Positions 36,592 through 47,087 of a stretch of 64,000 nucleotides of DNA are shown here, one piece after another. The notes below the pieces were generated by a model. The model did no database searches, had not been told where the DNA came from, and was given only the letters and a program-made list of their open reading frames with translations. Location of the stretch: IMG/VR virus record IMGVR_UViG_2541047680_000004, one strand, 5' to 3'. Position numbers and translations under genes: made by a program. Numbering within the stretch: position 1 is the first letter of the stretch; each line of letters opens with the position of its first letter. This stretch comes from a virus. Its lineage: Duplodnaviria > Heunggongvirae > Uroviricota > Caudoviricetes.

Positions 36592-37914
36592 TCATTCTTT
36601 ATCTCCGATTCGATCTTCTGTATCGCGTAAGCAACGCGGCCATTTCAGTCGTGGGTGGCGTAAGCTGCCATCCGGCGTTTTCTCGTGACAATGAACCTCG
36701 ACAATACGACCACGGTACTTCTCTTTGTTGTTCCAGATCTCGTCCAGATATTTATGCTTAATGCCGCTCGCACGAACAATCACACCGTTTTCAAGGCGAA
36801 TAACAATTTTTCCAAGCGTGTTGGCAAAACCAGAGTCCGGGTCGCCCGGCTCAAAGTCGATAATTTCACCATCTTCTGAATCTTCGTCTTTTAACTTCCA
36901 CCAGCTGCGGGTACGTTTAAACTCGTAAACAGAGTTCGGATCTTTGCCCATCTCCCCTTCTTCGTTATCGTCCAGGCGTTTCATGAAGCGTTCGATGAAA
37001 TCTTCGTGGCTATGGATGATATAGAACGGATGCAGGTGAATGTCTTGTGCGTAGCCTTCACTGCGATCGTTTTTAAACAACGCCACCAGCATAGCCAGGC
37101 GCTCTTTCAGCTTCATACCTGTCTTTGCATACTCTTTGGATTTAGCCTGTGCCCGCCATTCCGGTAGGAAGAAGTCGAAAACATGATAAATAGCGCCAAT
37201 TGCCTGCACGTTCTTTTTGCGCAATGCAGATACGGACTGGTTAAATGAACCGGCTGTTCCTTCACCATCGAAGAAGATGTGTTTGTGGCCTGAAAGTTTG
37301 CCTAATTCGAGCATTGCTGGCTTTAGGTGATCGAGAGACGTGATTGGATTACCAGTACGAGAAAGGAAGTTAACCTCTTCCTCGTCAACAATAACCTCGC
37401 AAATTACTCGCAAACCATCGAGCTTAAGACTGCCAATCATCGGCCATTTTGCTTTAGGATTTGGCTTGAAGGGGTATTTGTCGCCTTTTTCTTTATACGG
37501 TGACGCCAGCTGCACCTCGAATTTCGGAATGGGATTTTCAAAAACCTTGTTGCATAGGCTAATCCCAACACCTGCTTTCGGGTCTTTTAAGAGGAAACGA
37601 CGGAACACGTCCTGCCCATCGGCGCACATTGACGCCACGATAGACTCAACAGCTGCTATTGCTGCGTTCCCCGTTAGCTCGCGAGAGGCCAGCTTATTCA
37701 GTATATCAATGGCTTTTTCGTCACTTGGGACGGACTCACTAAGCGGCTCTGCCACTTTGTATTTCTTTACCCCAAAACGGATGAAAGGGTTGAGCATCAA
37801 TGAAACCATGCTTTGTTCAAAGTCATCCATGTTGGCCAATGCCTCTTTTTTTGCATTGGTTCCCATAGCTTTCATTTCGTCCAGCTTATGCTTAAGTGCG
37901 ATCAACTTTTTCAT
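36592..37914 (-). CDS. ATP-dependent DNA ligase
   Basis: Adenylation motif I KLDGLR, motif III FFDGEG, motif V WWKLK; 440 aa. Confidence 0.8.
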   Translation of the reverse strand: MKKLIALKHKLDEMKAMGTNAKKEALANMDDFEQSMVSLMLNPFIRFGVKKYKVAEPLSESVPSDEKAIDILNKLASRELTGNAAIAAVESIVASMCADGQDVFRRFLLKDPKAGVGISLCNKVFENPIPKFEVQLASPYKEKGDKYPFKPNPKAKWPMIGSLKLDGLRVICEVIVDEEEVNFLSRTGNPITSLDHLKPAMLELGKLSGHKHIFFDGEGTAGSFNQSVSALRKKNVQAIGAIYHVFDFFLPEWRAQAKSKEYAKTGMKLKERLAMLVALFKNDRSEGYAQDIHLHPFYIIHSHEDFIERFMKRLDDNEEGEMGKDPNSVYEFKRTRSWWKLKDEDSEDGEIIDFEPGDPDSGFANTLGKIVIRLENGVIVRASGIKHKYLDEIWNNKEKYRGRIVEVHCHEKTPDGSLRHPRLKWPRCLRDTEDRIGDKE

Positions 37915-38381
37915 TGTTGTTTTGCCTCCATATGTTGATCGATTTGCTCATGTGTTTCTTTTGTTGTTTCTTCAAGCAACGCCGCATACACGTCAGTGAT
38001 CGCTGTTTGTGATGTGGCGCTCTTCTTAACCATGCTATTAATCGTTACACTGTCACGTTTTCGTTTTATAGTTCTGGCTTGTTTATTCCGTTCTTCAACC
38101 TCCTTAATGAGTGCGGTCATATCTTCAAAATACAGAGATTCTCCTTTACGAATCTCTTCAACCATCATTTTTAACGCCTTGCATTTGCCTGCTTTAATAG
38201 CGGTTGCGCACGACTGGAAAGAAGTTCGAGGAAGACGGTTTTCTTTGAAGGCAAGAATGGTGTGCTGGCAAACGGAATAGCTGCAATATGCCGACTCACC
38301 GTTTATCTTTACTTCCTCACAACGAAGTGAATAACTGTTATTTCCTGAAATAGAAGGGATTTTTGACAAATCAGCTTTCAC
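37911..38381 (-). CDS. hypothetical protein
   Basis: 156-aa ORF with GTG start; palindromic motif A about 20 nt upstream. Confidence 0.4.
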   Translation of the reverse strand: MKADLSKIPSISGNNSYSLRCEEVKINGESAYCSYSVCQHTILAFKENRLPRTSFQSCATAIKAGKCKALKMMVEEIRKGESLYFEDMTALIKEVEERNKQARTIKRKRDSVTINSMVKKSATSQTAITDVYAALLEETTKETHEQIDQHMEAKQQ

Positions 38382-38448
38382 AATTACCGCCAGAAATAAT
38401 CTTGTGCTTACCTATCATTATTTGCGTAAAAAACGACACACAGAGAGC

Positions 38449-39225
38449 TTACCAACTTCCCCAGCTAATCATCTTGCGCTGATCGCTTTCTAAGCGATAA
38501 GGGGCAAGAAGCTCTGTGACATGATTGGTGGCGTATGATTTAGCCTCTTGCTTAATCATCGGTAATTCGTTAGCAATCCTGACCATCTTCCCAGCAAATT
38601 CCGCCATTACGCCATCACAAGCCTTCCCCGCATCAACAACGATATGCACAAGATCCAACTGGCTTTTGCACATATCCCAAAGAGACGCGTATTCACTCTC
38701 TCTGATTACATTTACGGCACTATTAGCCCCTTTATTAATCAAAACTTCCAACAGATTTTTCGGGGTAACGAAATCTGCTTTCAGAGATAATGTCTTTTCA
38801 CCACTTATCGAACGCAAGTACTCTTCGTAGTTATTCTTCATCAAACCGCTGCTGCGCATTGCTAGAACTGCTTCTTGAATGGCCGCTTCAATAGTTTCGT
38901 CGTTTGAAAGACAAAAAACGGTATTTGTGTAGATCACTCTGCCATCAAGCCATGCTCCAACCTGCACTTTAAGACTGAGCGGGTTTTCTTTGCTAATAAA
39001 AACAACTAATGCAGAACGCCGTGCACAAGAAGGTTCGCCCCATACGTGTAACTCAACTTTCAGATAAGGCAACCCTGGTAGCGGGATCTCGTCCATACGA
39101 GCAGCGATATGATTCATTGCTGTATTGACGACCTTTCCAATGATGTCTAGTCGACTGCCCTCGCTGATTTCTAAACCTGTTTTATCAATGATGTCACAGG
39201 CCAATTTCTGAATTTCGTCTTTCAT
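38449..39225 (-). CDS. hypothetical protein
   Basis: 258-aa ORF; no motif recognised. Confidence 0.4.
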   Translation of the reverse strand: MKDEIQKLACDIIDKTGLEISEGSRLDIIGKVVNTAMNHIAARMDEIPLPGLPYLKVELHVWGEPSCARRSALVVFISKENPLSLKVQVGAWLDGRVIYTNTVFCLSNDETIEAAIQEAVLAMRSSGLMKNNYEEYLRSISGEKTLSLKADFVTPKNLLEVLINKGANSAVNVIRESEYASLWDMCKSQLDLVHIVVDAGKACDGVMAEFAGKMVRIANELPMIKQEAKSYATNHVTELLAPYRLESDQRKMISWGSW

Positions 39226-39350
39226 ACCAACTCCTAGCTAACAGATGAAAGTATTCTTACAAAAAACTAAGTATGTATCTACTTATCATTTTAGGCGCAA
39301 TAGTTCCCTATACGAAGATGCCGGGCTTATAGTCTGCCCGGCATTCACCA

Positions 39351-39764
39351 TTAATGAGCTACAGCCTCACTGTTGCACATCTTTCTGTAGACCTGCTTAT
39401 AACGCTGTAAGTCATGAGGATCATTAGGTGCCAACGACTTCGATAGGATTTTGTATACCACCCCTTTCGAAAACATGCCCTTTGGCTTCATTTCGAGTTC
39501 AACAACATATGAGTGATAGCCCACGTATGCACCAAAGCCATTTTTGGCGTTCAATTCTCCGCACACAAAGCCTGTCACACTCCCATCGTCATGATCAGTC
39601 CTGACAAACTTATCTTTCCTAAACATCACCGACGTGGGATCTTTCATATCATCCGCAATTGCTTGTTGGCCCAGAGCAATAGCCTTCTCGTCTGTAGGCT
39701 TACACCCCACTAAAGCAAACAAAGACAATAAAGCTCCTGTTAAAATCAGCTTATTTTTGCTCAT
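39351..39764 (-). CDS. putative lipoprotein
   Basis: Signal peptide with lipobox LVGC (MSKNKLILTGALLSLFALVGC). Confidence 0.5.
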   Translation of the reverse strand: MSKNKLILTGALLSLFALVGCKPTDEKAIALGQQAIADDMKDPTSVMFRKDKFVRTDHDDGSVTGFVCGELNAKNGFGAYVGYHSYVVELEMKPKGMFSKGVVYKILSKSLAPNDPHDLQRYKQVYRKMCNSEAVAH

Positions 39765-39996
39765 GTTGGCTTCCCTTTATTTATATTTATCGCAGGTATT
39801 AGTTAATCAAAACACGAGCAGTGCCACAATAATTAAATGGCGTACTATTTCTTATGGTTATTAGTTTCCCAGTAACTTTACCGACCATAAACTAAATCAA
39901 CAAAGCTGACATATTAACTAAATTTAAGTACCCTTTTTCGCACACTTGACGCTTGCCGCGTCTAAACTGTTCATCCTATATCAACAGAAAAAAAAC

Positions 39997-41142
39997 ATGA
40001 AATACATAAAATCTTCATCGTTGCTGGCATTAACTTTGCTTTTTAACTCTGGATTCGTTAACGCAGACAATAAACAAACGCTGATAGAAGCCGCTACCGC
40101 AGGGGATACCGCAGCACAAAGTGAGTTAGGTACAAATTATTTTGATGGTGTCAATGGTTTTGATAAGGATGTAGTTGAGGCCAAGAAGTGGATTGATCTA
40201 GCTGCAGAAAAGGGAGATAAAGTAGCATATTATGCACTTGGAGTTATGTACACATTTGGCGAGGGTGTAGATAAAGACCTAAATAAAGCTGTTGAGTACT
40301 ACAAACTTGCGGGGGATGCTCGTGAAGGTAGAGCCTACAACAATCTTGGTGCTATTTATCAAAAGGGGATGCTTGGTAAAGTAGATCATGCACTCGCCAT
40401 TAAATACTTCAAACTAGCCTCTGATGCCGGGTATGTTAAAGCAACTTCAGTTCTTGGGGCGTATTACCAATATGGTAAAGGCGTTAAAAAGAATTATAAA
40501 AAGGCTTTTACTTATTACAAAAAGGCGGCAGACCAAGGCAGTTCAGAAGCTATGATAGGATTAGGAATACTATACGATGATGGGTTAGGCGTTAAACGCA
40601 ATGATGCAGAAGCAGTTAAGTGGTATAAAAAGGCAGCGGAACTTGGAAACGCCGACGCCATAACCAATCTTGGCATTATGTATGAGAATGGGGAAGGTGT
40701 AAAAAAGGACTATAAAAAAGCAGCCGACCTTTATCAGACTGCTTGCGATAAAGGAGAAAAAAGAGGCTGCGATTACATTGCAGAACTGAAAGAAAGCGGC
40801 AAATATCGAGCGCCGGCTTCCAAAGCCAAAACAAAATCCGCCACCCAGCGACTTATTGCTAAATCCATTGATAAGGGCGTTAACGCTACATTTACCTGGC
40901 AGGGTGATGATGCTACCTTCACCGCTAATGATGGCAAAGTTGACTGCACCTTCCTGAAGGATTTTTCAGAGAAAGGAGGCAATCTGGCTACCTCGTTTGT
41001 TTGCACCGATAACGTTCAAATCATCCTGAAGCAATTCAGAGATACCAAGAATGCCTACCTCGCGGTAATGACTGACAACTTCAATACAGAAGTTAAATCA
41101 TTTTCGGTCAATGTGTATGTGACTAATACTGGTTCAAACTAG
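39997..41142 (+). CDS. secreted Sel1-like repeat (TPR-like) protein
   Basis: Signal peptide MKYIKSSSLLALTLLFNSGFVNA followed by at least 7 Sel1-type repeats (A..YY.LG.MY..G.GV.KD...A..WY.KAA pattern); plus strand, opposite to neighbours. Confidence 0.7.
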   Translation: MKYIKSSSLLALTLLFNSGFVNADNKQTLIEAATAGDTAAQSELGTNYFDGVNGFDKDVVEAKKWIDLAAEKGDKVAYYALGVMYTFGEGVDKDLNKAVEYYKLAGDAREGRAYNNLGAIYQKGMLGKVDHALAIKYFKLASDAGYVKATSVLGAYYQYGKGVKKNYKKAFTYYKKAADQGSSEAMIGLGILYDDGLGVKRNDAEAVKWYKKAAELGNADAITNLGIMYENGEGVKKDYKKAADLYQTACDKGEKRGCDYIAELKESGKYRAPASKAKTKSATQRLIAKSIDKGVNATFTWQGDDATFTANDGKVDCTFLKDFSEKGGNLATSFVCTDNVQIILKQFRDTKNAYLAVMTDNFNTEVKSFSVNVYVTNTGSN

Positions 41143-42315
41143 TGCTGCAATGCCTTTCACCTTGCTTAAGAGTTCAAGCTGTCGTGAATAAGGTTTTGCG
41201 CAATAGTAGGCTTTGATAATCTGCCCCGGTGTCGCATCGCCGGGGTCGAGTCCTTCCTCGCCCAAACACGCAACTTTGACATTAAGACCAATACTTGTGA
41301 GTCGCCTGGCTGCGGCCATAGTGTTGCGTATAGCTTGCTTTTCACTATCCCACATCATGATCACATTACGTAATCCACGCGCCTTGAGCGTCAGGAACGC
41401 GCCCAGCTGATCTTCTGCATCCTGAGTGGTGTTGCCAGATAGATGCATCCCGAACGTTCCTATTGGTTCCACGTAATCACGTAATGTTTCTTCGTCAAAA
41501 ATAGCTCGTTTAACTCCCATAACATCGAACGCCCCCTCACAGACAACTACAGTCTGTTTGCCAACTGCATTATGGCCGTTGTAGAGAAACTTACCTGAAG
41601 CTGGAAGCTGCATAGGAAAGAGGTAGCGGCGGTCTGCTGTACCGGTAATGTCTCGTCCCTGAAATGTCTTCATTACCCCATCCAGATCGTAAACCGGTAT
41701 CAGTACTCGCATATCGAATATCTGTCCTTTTACCTGATCTGTATACGGATCTACATAAGCGTGCTTGCCTTCGACGCAGTATCGTAGGTCAAAATACTTT
41801 GCCATTTCAGGCGATATGTTTCGTTCAACCAGATAGTCTGGAAGACGGCCATCTATAGGAAGTTCGTAATGACGAGGGAGTGCAAGTGGTCCCTCTAACT
41901 CGACTGTGCTTGTAAGCACTATCTCTTCTTTCTTTGGTGCCCACCCCTGGGAAAGAAGAGCGTTCTGCACATATTCCTCGAACTGTCGTCGTGATTTACC
42001 GCTGTAGTACTTGAGGAAGACCAGCTTATTGAACTGAATCTCTTCGGGATGATCACCAGCGAAGCATTTGCCGACGCCACTGGTCAGATTGAAATATACC
42101 TTCCAGTTGGAGCTGCCGCATACCGGACACTCCTTGATATTCACTTCACGACCGCGAGCACTCACGCCTCCACGTCGATAAACGATACCTTCAGTGTCCA
42201 ACCATTGTTCAAAATCTAATTCGGTAATTAGCTCTTTCAGCTCGCTCACGATAATTCCACTTTTAACAGGCAATATTGTGACCAACCTAAATGTTGATAT
42301 AACATAAAGGCTCAT
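41134..42315 (-). CDS. DNA primase (zinc-ribbon + TOPRIM)
   Basis: CPVCGSSNW ... C zinc ribbon and TOPRIM VVVCEGAFDVMG; start placed at the Met preceded by the conserved RBS (ORF track extends to 42387). Confidence 0.7.
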   Translation of the reverse strand: MSLYVISTFRLVTILPVKSGIIVSELKELITELDFEQWLDTEGIVYRRGGVSARGREVNIKECPVCGSSNWKVYFNLTSGVGKCFAGDHPEEIQFNKLVFLKYYSGKSRRQFEEYVQNALLSQGWAPKKEEIVLTSTVELEGPLALPRHYELPIDGRLPDYLVERNISPEMAKYFDLRYCVEGKHAYVDPYTDQVKGQIFDMRVLIPVYDLDGVMKTFQGRDITGTADRRYLFPMQLPASGKFLYNGHNAVGKQTVVVCEGAFDVMGVKRAIFDEETLRDYVEPIGTFGMHLSGNTTQDAEDQLGAFLTLKARGLRNVIMMWDSEKQAIRNTMAAARRLTSIGLNVKVACLGEEGLDPGDATPGQIIKAYYCAKPYSRQLELLSKVKGIAALV

Positions 42316-42396
42316 GTGTTTTTCTTTTGTGGTTTGGCAAAAGAAAAGTTGTTTCACCAATGAATCAAGCGTGGAGGTGTTCTCCACGCTTATTTT

Positions 42397-43737
42397 TTAG
42401 GTAACGTCTAAGATCCGCTCAATGAAGCGCATTTGTTCGAGGTTTTGTTTAACACGAATGCTGATCCCTCCCTGCTGGTTACGTGAACCAGCAAAGTAGA
42501 GACGAGCCTCTCCTTTCGCTTCTTCTTCTTCGGTTTTGTTGATCGTTATTACCAGGTCAGCAATACGTACTTTTTCGATGTTGTCGGCGGCGTGCATCAT
42601 TGTGGCAACTTCTGACGCGCCACCTTCACGGTTTGTCTGCGATGCCGTGATTCCAGCAACGTTATGTTTGTCATAAAGAGCACGTAAATCGGTGTAGATA
42701 CTACGAATGTTGGCGCGATCATCACGAAGGTCATAACTGGCACGCATCAAATCTGCGTAGTCGACAACAAGCATGTCAGGCACCATGCCATTGGCTTTCA
42801 TACTGTTAAGCATACGGTCCAGATCTGCCGGTGACATACTTCCTGACGGACGCTCAACCACCCACAAACTACCAATCCCCTTCGTGGCTCCCAACTCTGC
42901 CAACTTACGATGAACCTCATCGCGCCGTTCCACCAGCTTGGACATTTCTGTCTCCGACAATCTTGCATCAAAACGGTCGGATAAAATGGTGGTGTGAACC
43001 TCCAGCGAAAGATACAGAACATTGTAGCCAGCAAGCGTTGCATTTATGGAAAATTCACCCATTGCGGTCGATTTACCGGATTTAGCGAACCCCATGAAGA
43101 GCACCATTTCACGCTTCGCCCAGCCTTTTTGGTACAGCAACCTATCGAGCAGAGGGAGTCCAGTTGTAATGCTGTTTGGCACATACTCCTCTGAAGCCTC
43201 ATATTCACGCGCTTTCAATCGCTCACTTGCGGAGGTGTAGTAGTCATAGATTCCGGTCGCTTCGTTCGATCCAATCTGCTGAACCTTGGCCATGATTGCC
43301 ATCGCCCCCTGAAAGTCGCCTTTCTCTTTCAGTTCAGCAGCCTTAATCAGAGCATCATCAAACGCTACACTTTTTGCGAAGGTTGATACCTGGTCAACCA
43401 TGTACGAGGTATCGGACAATTTTTCTGCAAGAATGCGCTTAAACGCAGCAACAACATCGGCGAATAGTTCCTCACGGATAGTCTTATCGCGTTTCGCACG
43501 CTTAAGCATATCCAGAATTGCAGATGAAGAGGGCGCGCTCTTGTACATACGGTAATAGCCCGAAACCATATTAACCAATATGGCATTGGCCGCATTGGCA
43601 AATTGGCTAGGCACAACCAGATCTCCCGCACGAGTAAGAAACTCGTGATCACGACAAAAATATGCCGTCAGTCTGTTCTGGAAATCTTCATCAAACTCTT
43701 CGGACAGCCCGCGTCCTGTATGGCAAAGTTCTGTCAT
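42397..43737 (-). CDS. DnaB-like replicative helicase
   Basis: RecA-like C-terminal domain with Walker A LFMGFAKSGKST and Walker B MLVVDYADLM; 446 aa. Confidence 0.8.
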   Translation of the reverse strand: MTELCHTGRGLSEEFDEDFQNRLTAYFCRDHEFLTRAGDLVVPSQFANAANAILVNMVSGYYRMYKSAPSSSAILDMLKRAKRDKTIREELFADVVAAFKRILAEKLSDTSYMVDQVSTFAKSVAFDDALIKAAELKEKGDFQGAMAIMAKVQQIGSNEATGIYDYYTSASERLKAREYEASEEYVPNSITTGLPLLDRLLYQKGWAKREMVLFMGFAKSGKSTAMGEFSINATLAGYNVLYLSLEVHTTILSDRFDARLSETEMSKLVERRDEVHRKLAELGATKGIGSLWVVERPSGSMSPADLDRMLNSMKANGMVPDMLVVDYADLMRASYDLRDDRANIRSIYTDLRALYDKHNVAGITASQTNREGGASEVATMMHAADNIEKVRIADLVITINKTEEEEAKGEARLYFAGSRNQQGGISIRVKQNLEQMRFIERILDVT

Positions 43738-43780
43738 GTGCTTTCCTTTGTTTTTTAAACAAATTGTTTTCTAGTATTAG

Positions 43781-44530
43781 TTAATTAGATAGGGGATCAA
43801 TAAACCGCCGTGCTTCTTCCAGTTCTTCTGGAAAGTGGGCGGAAATAAGGCGCTCTGGAACGATTTCCATTAGCCAGATAGCGGAGAAAATTGCGCGTAT
43901 GCGCTTGCTGCGAGGGATGGTGCGCAAACGCTCCAGAATCCACTCAAAATAGCTTTCCTGAATCGGGTTGAACTGCATGTCTCCCATATGCTTAAAGCTA
44001 ACAAGAGAGTCATCCAGACGGGTTGTTGCGCGTCTGGCTAATTTCTCTTCGAATATCTCAACCAGCTCTGGCTGCCACAAATGCTGTGGGCGCGGCAGCT
44101 TGTCCCACAGCCGTCGTGCAGCTGCGGAAAGAACGGTGGAGATAAAGTAGTCGTATGAGCAGCAATAGCGGTCAGCAAACTGGCGTGCTTTCCATAGAGA
44201 CGTTTTATTGGCAGTCGACAACTCCTGATAAGGCAGGCGTTTTAACCCGGTGGTGAACGGAGCTGTTTCAAAGTGTTCGCGACCGTGCGTCAGCATGATA
44301 TTTGAGTACTGACGTTTGTATGCCTCCGTAAACAGACAGGTGGCCATAAGAGGATGCATGTCTCGGTAATCAAACCACTTCGTCTCGAAGAGTTCAGCCT
44401 CGTCTTTACAGCGCGACAAACCAATGTTTTCAGCGACCCACTTGTCCATAACAGCGGTATTCCACTCTGTCATGAAGTCGTACTGGTCGTTGTCGATGGT
44501 ATCGAAAAAGATTTGGCTCATGTGGCTCAC
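43781..44530 (-). CDS. hypothetical protein
   Basis: 249-aa ORF; motif A immediately upstream. Confidence 0.4.
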   Translation of the reverse strand: MSHMSQIFFDTIDNDQYDFMTEWNTAVMDKWVAENIGLSRCKDEAELFETKWFDYRDMHPLMATCLFTEAYKRQYSNIMLTHGREHFETAPFTTGLKRLPYQELSTANKTSLWKARQFADRYCCSYDYFISTVLSAAARRLWDKLPRPQHLWQPELVEIFEEKLARRATTRLDDSLVSFKHMGDMQFNPIQESYFEWILERLRTIPRSKRIRAIFSAIWLMEIVPERLISAHFPEELEEARRFIDPLSN

Positions 44531-44795
44531 CTGGTAGGTAGTTACTTACTTATCACGATGGACGGATGATAGCGACTGGTGTCAGTTTTTGGAAGTGAAA
44601 ACGGAAGGGAGTTGTTCTGGTGGTGTCTTTTAAAAGACCTGCTTCCGTATATATTTAATAAGTTACTTATTATTTATATACAGAAACAGGCTCCTAATGG
44701 ATACCAAGAACAACATAATTTGACTCCAACTCCAGATGCTATGTCATTGACAGATTTATCAAGGGAGATCATGTTAGAATTAGTGTTTTAGCCTC

Positions 44796-45869
44796 GTGGA
44801 TATTGTCACCATGCGCATGAATAGACTTCCAGGATATGGCCTTCCCGAACTGGCTTTTTGGCCTCAGCCTAAATATGAACGGAATAAATGGTCGATGTTC
44901 TGTCTGAAACTCCGTAATGATGGAACCCTTGCTTGGTATCGGCGATATGTTGATCGTGGTATGCCAAACCACGCTGTTGATGACGACTACGATAACTATC
45001 CTGAAGCAAGAAAAGCGGCATTAGAGCTGAATAAAAACGTGAGCTTTGACATTGAAAAACTTCCTCTATCTATGTTTCAAAAGAAGTCATTGCGTTTGAA
45101 AGTTGACAAAGCACTCAAAGCCAAATCACGTCTCATGGATGAAGAGTATATAATGCTCAACGAAGCAATTAAGGCACACGCCAACGATCCGCGAGTGACA
45201 TTAAATGAGTTAATAATTAACCCAGATTACGAAACTTTGCGTCAACCCCTTTTTGACGTGCTAAGCGAGATGCCTTACTTACATTTTGTTTTTCTTCCCA
45301 AATTCCAAGTTTCACTTCAACTCGTTGCTCCTAACACTTGGGAATGTTCATATAACAACAAAGCTAAGACAGCGAAGATCTGCTACCAAGAACGCATAGC
45401 CAGAGGTTTTGGTTTATCAGGTGCTGCACATTGGGGAAAAACAAAAGCGACTATTCGCTCAATGCTTCTGCCGCGTGCTAACCGGTTACTGCAACTCGCC
45501 AGCGTAAAAAGAATGCTGGATGAAGCTCTCAGGAATGGGCAAAAGGTACTGGTTGTTGGCAACTTTGTTTTCTGGTTTGAGGACAAAAATCAGGTAGGTT
45601 GGAGTGTTAAAGTTGCTAGCGAAAGCGAAACCACCTCAAGAGGCAATACGCTCTGGAAAGAAGGAACTATCATTTCAAAAAATCACGGTCGAATTGTCGT
45701 GCTGCCGTATACAAAAGAAAACGGTAAACATGTAAAAGGTTATACCAAGAATGCCCCTAACGACGGCAATGCAATTCCTAGACATAAGGATGAGTATGTT
45801 GAGTTGCCCTTTGAAATTTTGGATGGTGACTTGATGTTCAGTCTGTTCGGTGAGCTTAACTACGAATAG
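44796..45869 (+). CDS. hypothetical protein (plus-strand insert)
   Basis: 357-aa ORF on the opposite strand to the surrounding replication and partition genes. Confidence 0.45.
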   Translation: MDIVTMRMNRLPGYGLPELAFWPQPKYERNKWSMFCLKLRNDGTLAWYRRYVDRGMPNHAVDDDYDNYPEARKAALELNKNVSFDIEKLPLSMFQKKSLRLKVDKALKAKSRLMDEEYIMLNEAIKAHANDPRVTLNELIINPDYETLRQPLFDVLSEMPYLHFVFLPKFQVSLQLVAPNTWECSYNNKAKTAKICYQERIARGFGLSGAAHWGKTKATIRSMLLPRANRLLQLASVKRMLDEALRNGQKVLVVGNFVFWFEDKNQVGWSVKVASESETTSRGNTLWKEGTIISKNHGRIVVLPYTKENGKHVKGYTKNAPNDGNAIPRHKDEYVELPFEILDGDLMFSLFGELNYE

Positions 45870-45929
45870 CTTTCATAGAACGAAATATTTCTAAGGCTGT
45901 CCAATGCAGACCAGCCTTAGAGATTTATA

Positions 45930-46289
45930 TCAACCTTTCTTCATTAACTCGCGTTTAATTTCATCGGTACGCATCGTGACATCGGCAGCAGTGATCGCCT
46001 CGTTCAGCTTCACGATGTCCTCGATTTCCTGCGGTGTCTTCTCCGCAAGATGGAAAATAGCAGCACGAATCACATCAGAGCGGGTGAATTTCTCGAAGCG
46101 AGGGATGAACTTCATCATCTCCAGCAGTTCGAAGTATTCGTCTTCCAGTGACATTGTGCGGCTTTTAATTTTCTCTTTGCCACGAGTCGGGCGTCCCTGT
46201 GGTCTGACTGGTTGGCGCAAAGGAGTTGTGTTCTTAGCCGGTGCATCAGGCTCTTTGCGCTTTGCTAGGTCACCCATTTTCATGGACAT
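45930..46289 (-). CDS. small partition-associated DNA-binding protein (ParB/ParG-like candidate)
   Basis: 119-aa basic protein translationally coupled (ATGA-type overlap at 46289) to the ParA-like gene; arrangement typical of type Ib partition loci. Confidence 0.45.
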   Translation of the reverse strand: MSMKMGDLAKRKEPDAPAKNTTPLRQPVRPQGRPTRGKEKIKSRTMSLEDEYFELLEMMKFIPRFEKFTRSDVIRAAIFHLAEKTPQEIEDIVKLNEAITAADVTMRTDEIKRELMKKG

Positions 46290-46957
46290 TATTCTTCTTC
46301 CTCCAGACTCAACAGATAATCTACAAATTCTTCAAACTCGGCTTCCGCCTTTTTGTCGCGCTCGCTACCGGTCATTTCAAAGATAGAACGACCAGACTCT
46401 TCCGCATCATCATAGACGTTGCGGTTATATAGATTGACTGGCGCAGACTCGATGCCAAACGTCTCAACAATCTCTTTAGCCGCCAGAATGCGAGACACTT
46501 GTGATGGCAAAGCCGGGCACTGGTTCATGACCGCGCGGACCTTCACTTTATCGTTTACATTACGAACATTGTCGATAATAGGATCGATGTCACGCAGAGA
46601 TTTCAAATCACGACGCTTAGGACGAAGCGGGATAATGATAACGTCGGCCATCAGCATCGCTTGTCGCTGAATTTCGGAGTCAAAGCCACCAGCATCTACC
46701 ACTACATACTCAGCTCTACCCTGAAGCGATTTTAGGTGCTTAATGATGTCATCCTGAACGTATGCAAAAGGAATCAGCTCAAGGTCTTCGTTCTGTCGAC
46801 GGTCTTCACACCAGCTCGTTGTCGTGCGCTGAATATCTATATCGGTGATATAAACCTTCTTCTTCTTTTTGACTTTCAGGCAAACGGCAATTTGCTGGGC
46901 TACGGTGGATTTGCCTGGCCCGCCCTTTGTGCCGCCAACCACAAAGATCTTGGTCAT
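46289..46957 (-). CDS. parA: ParA/Soj-family partition ATPase
   Basis: Deviant Walker A KIFVVGGTKGGPGKST at N-terminus; 222 aa (small ParA class). Confidence 0.8.
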   Translation of the reverse strand: MTKIFVVGGTKGGPGKSTVAQQIAVCLKVKKKKKVYITDIDIQRTTTSWCEDRRQNEDLELIPFAYVQDDIIKHLKSLQGRAEYVVVDAGGFDSEIQRQAMLMADVIIIPLRPKRRDLKSLRDIDPIIDNVRNVNDKVKVRAVMNQCPALPSQVSRILAAKEIVETFGIESAPVNLYNRNVYDDAEESGRSIFEMTGSERDKKAEAEFEEFVDYLLSLEEEE

Positions 46958-47087
46958 TGGAGAGTTCCCTTTGCGTATATAATTATCGTCTGAAACAACT
47001 TGTTTTCTTATATGTGATATAGCCTAAATGCCTACGGCTGTGGTGTAAAGGTTTAATGATAGGTACATAGGTGGGCTTAATAACAAA

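Noticed and set aside
44745-44780. Putative sigma-70 promoter (TTGACA ... TAGAAT) upstream of the plus-strand 44796 ORF
   Set aside because: Spacing between the -35-like and -10-like hexamers is about 22 nt, outside the functional 16-18 nt range; not reported as a feature.
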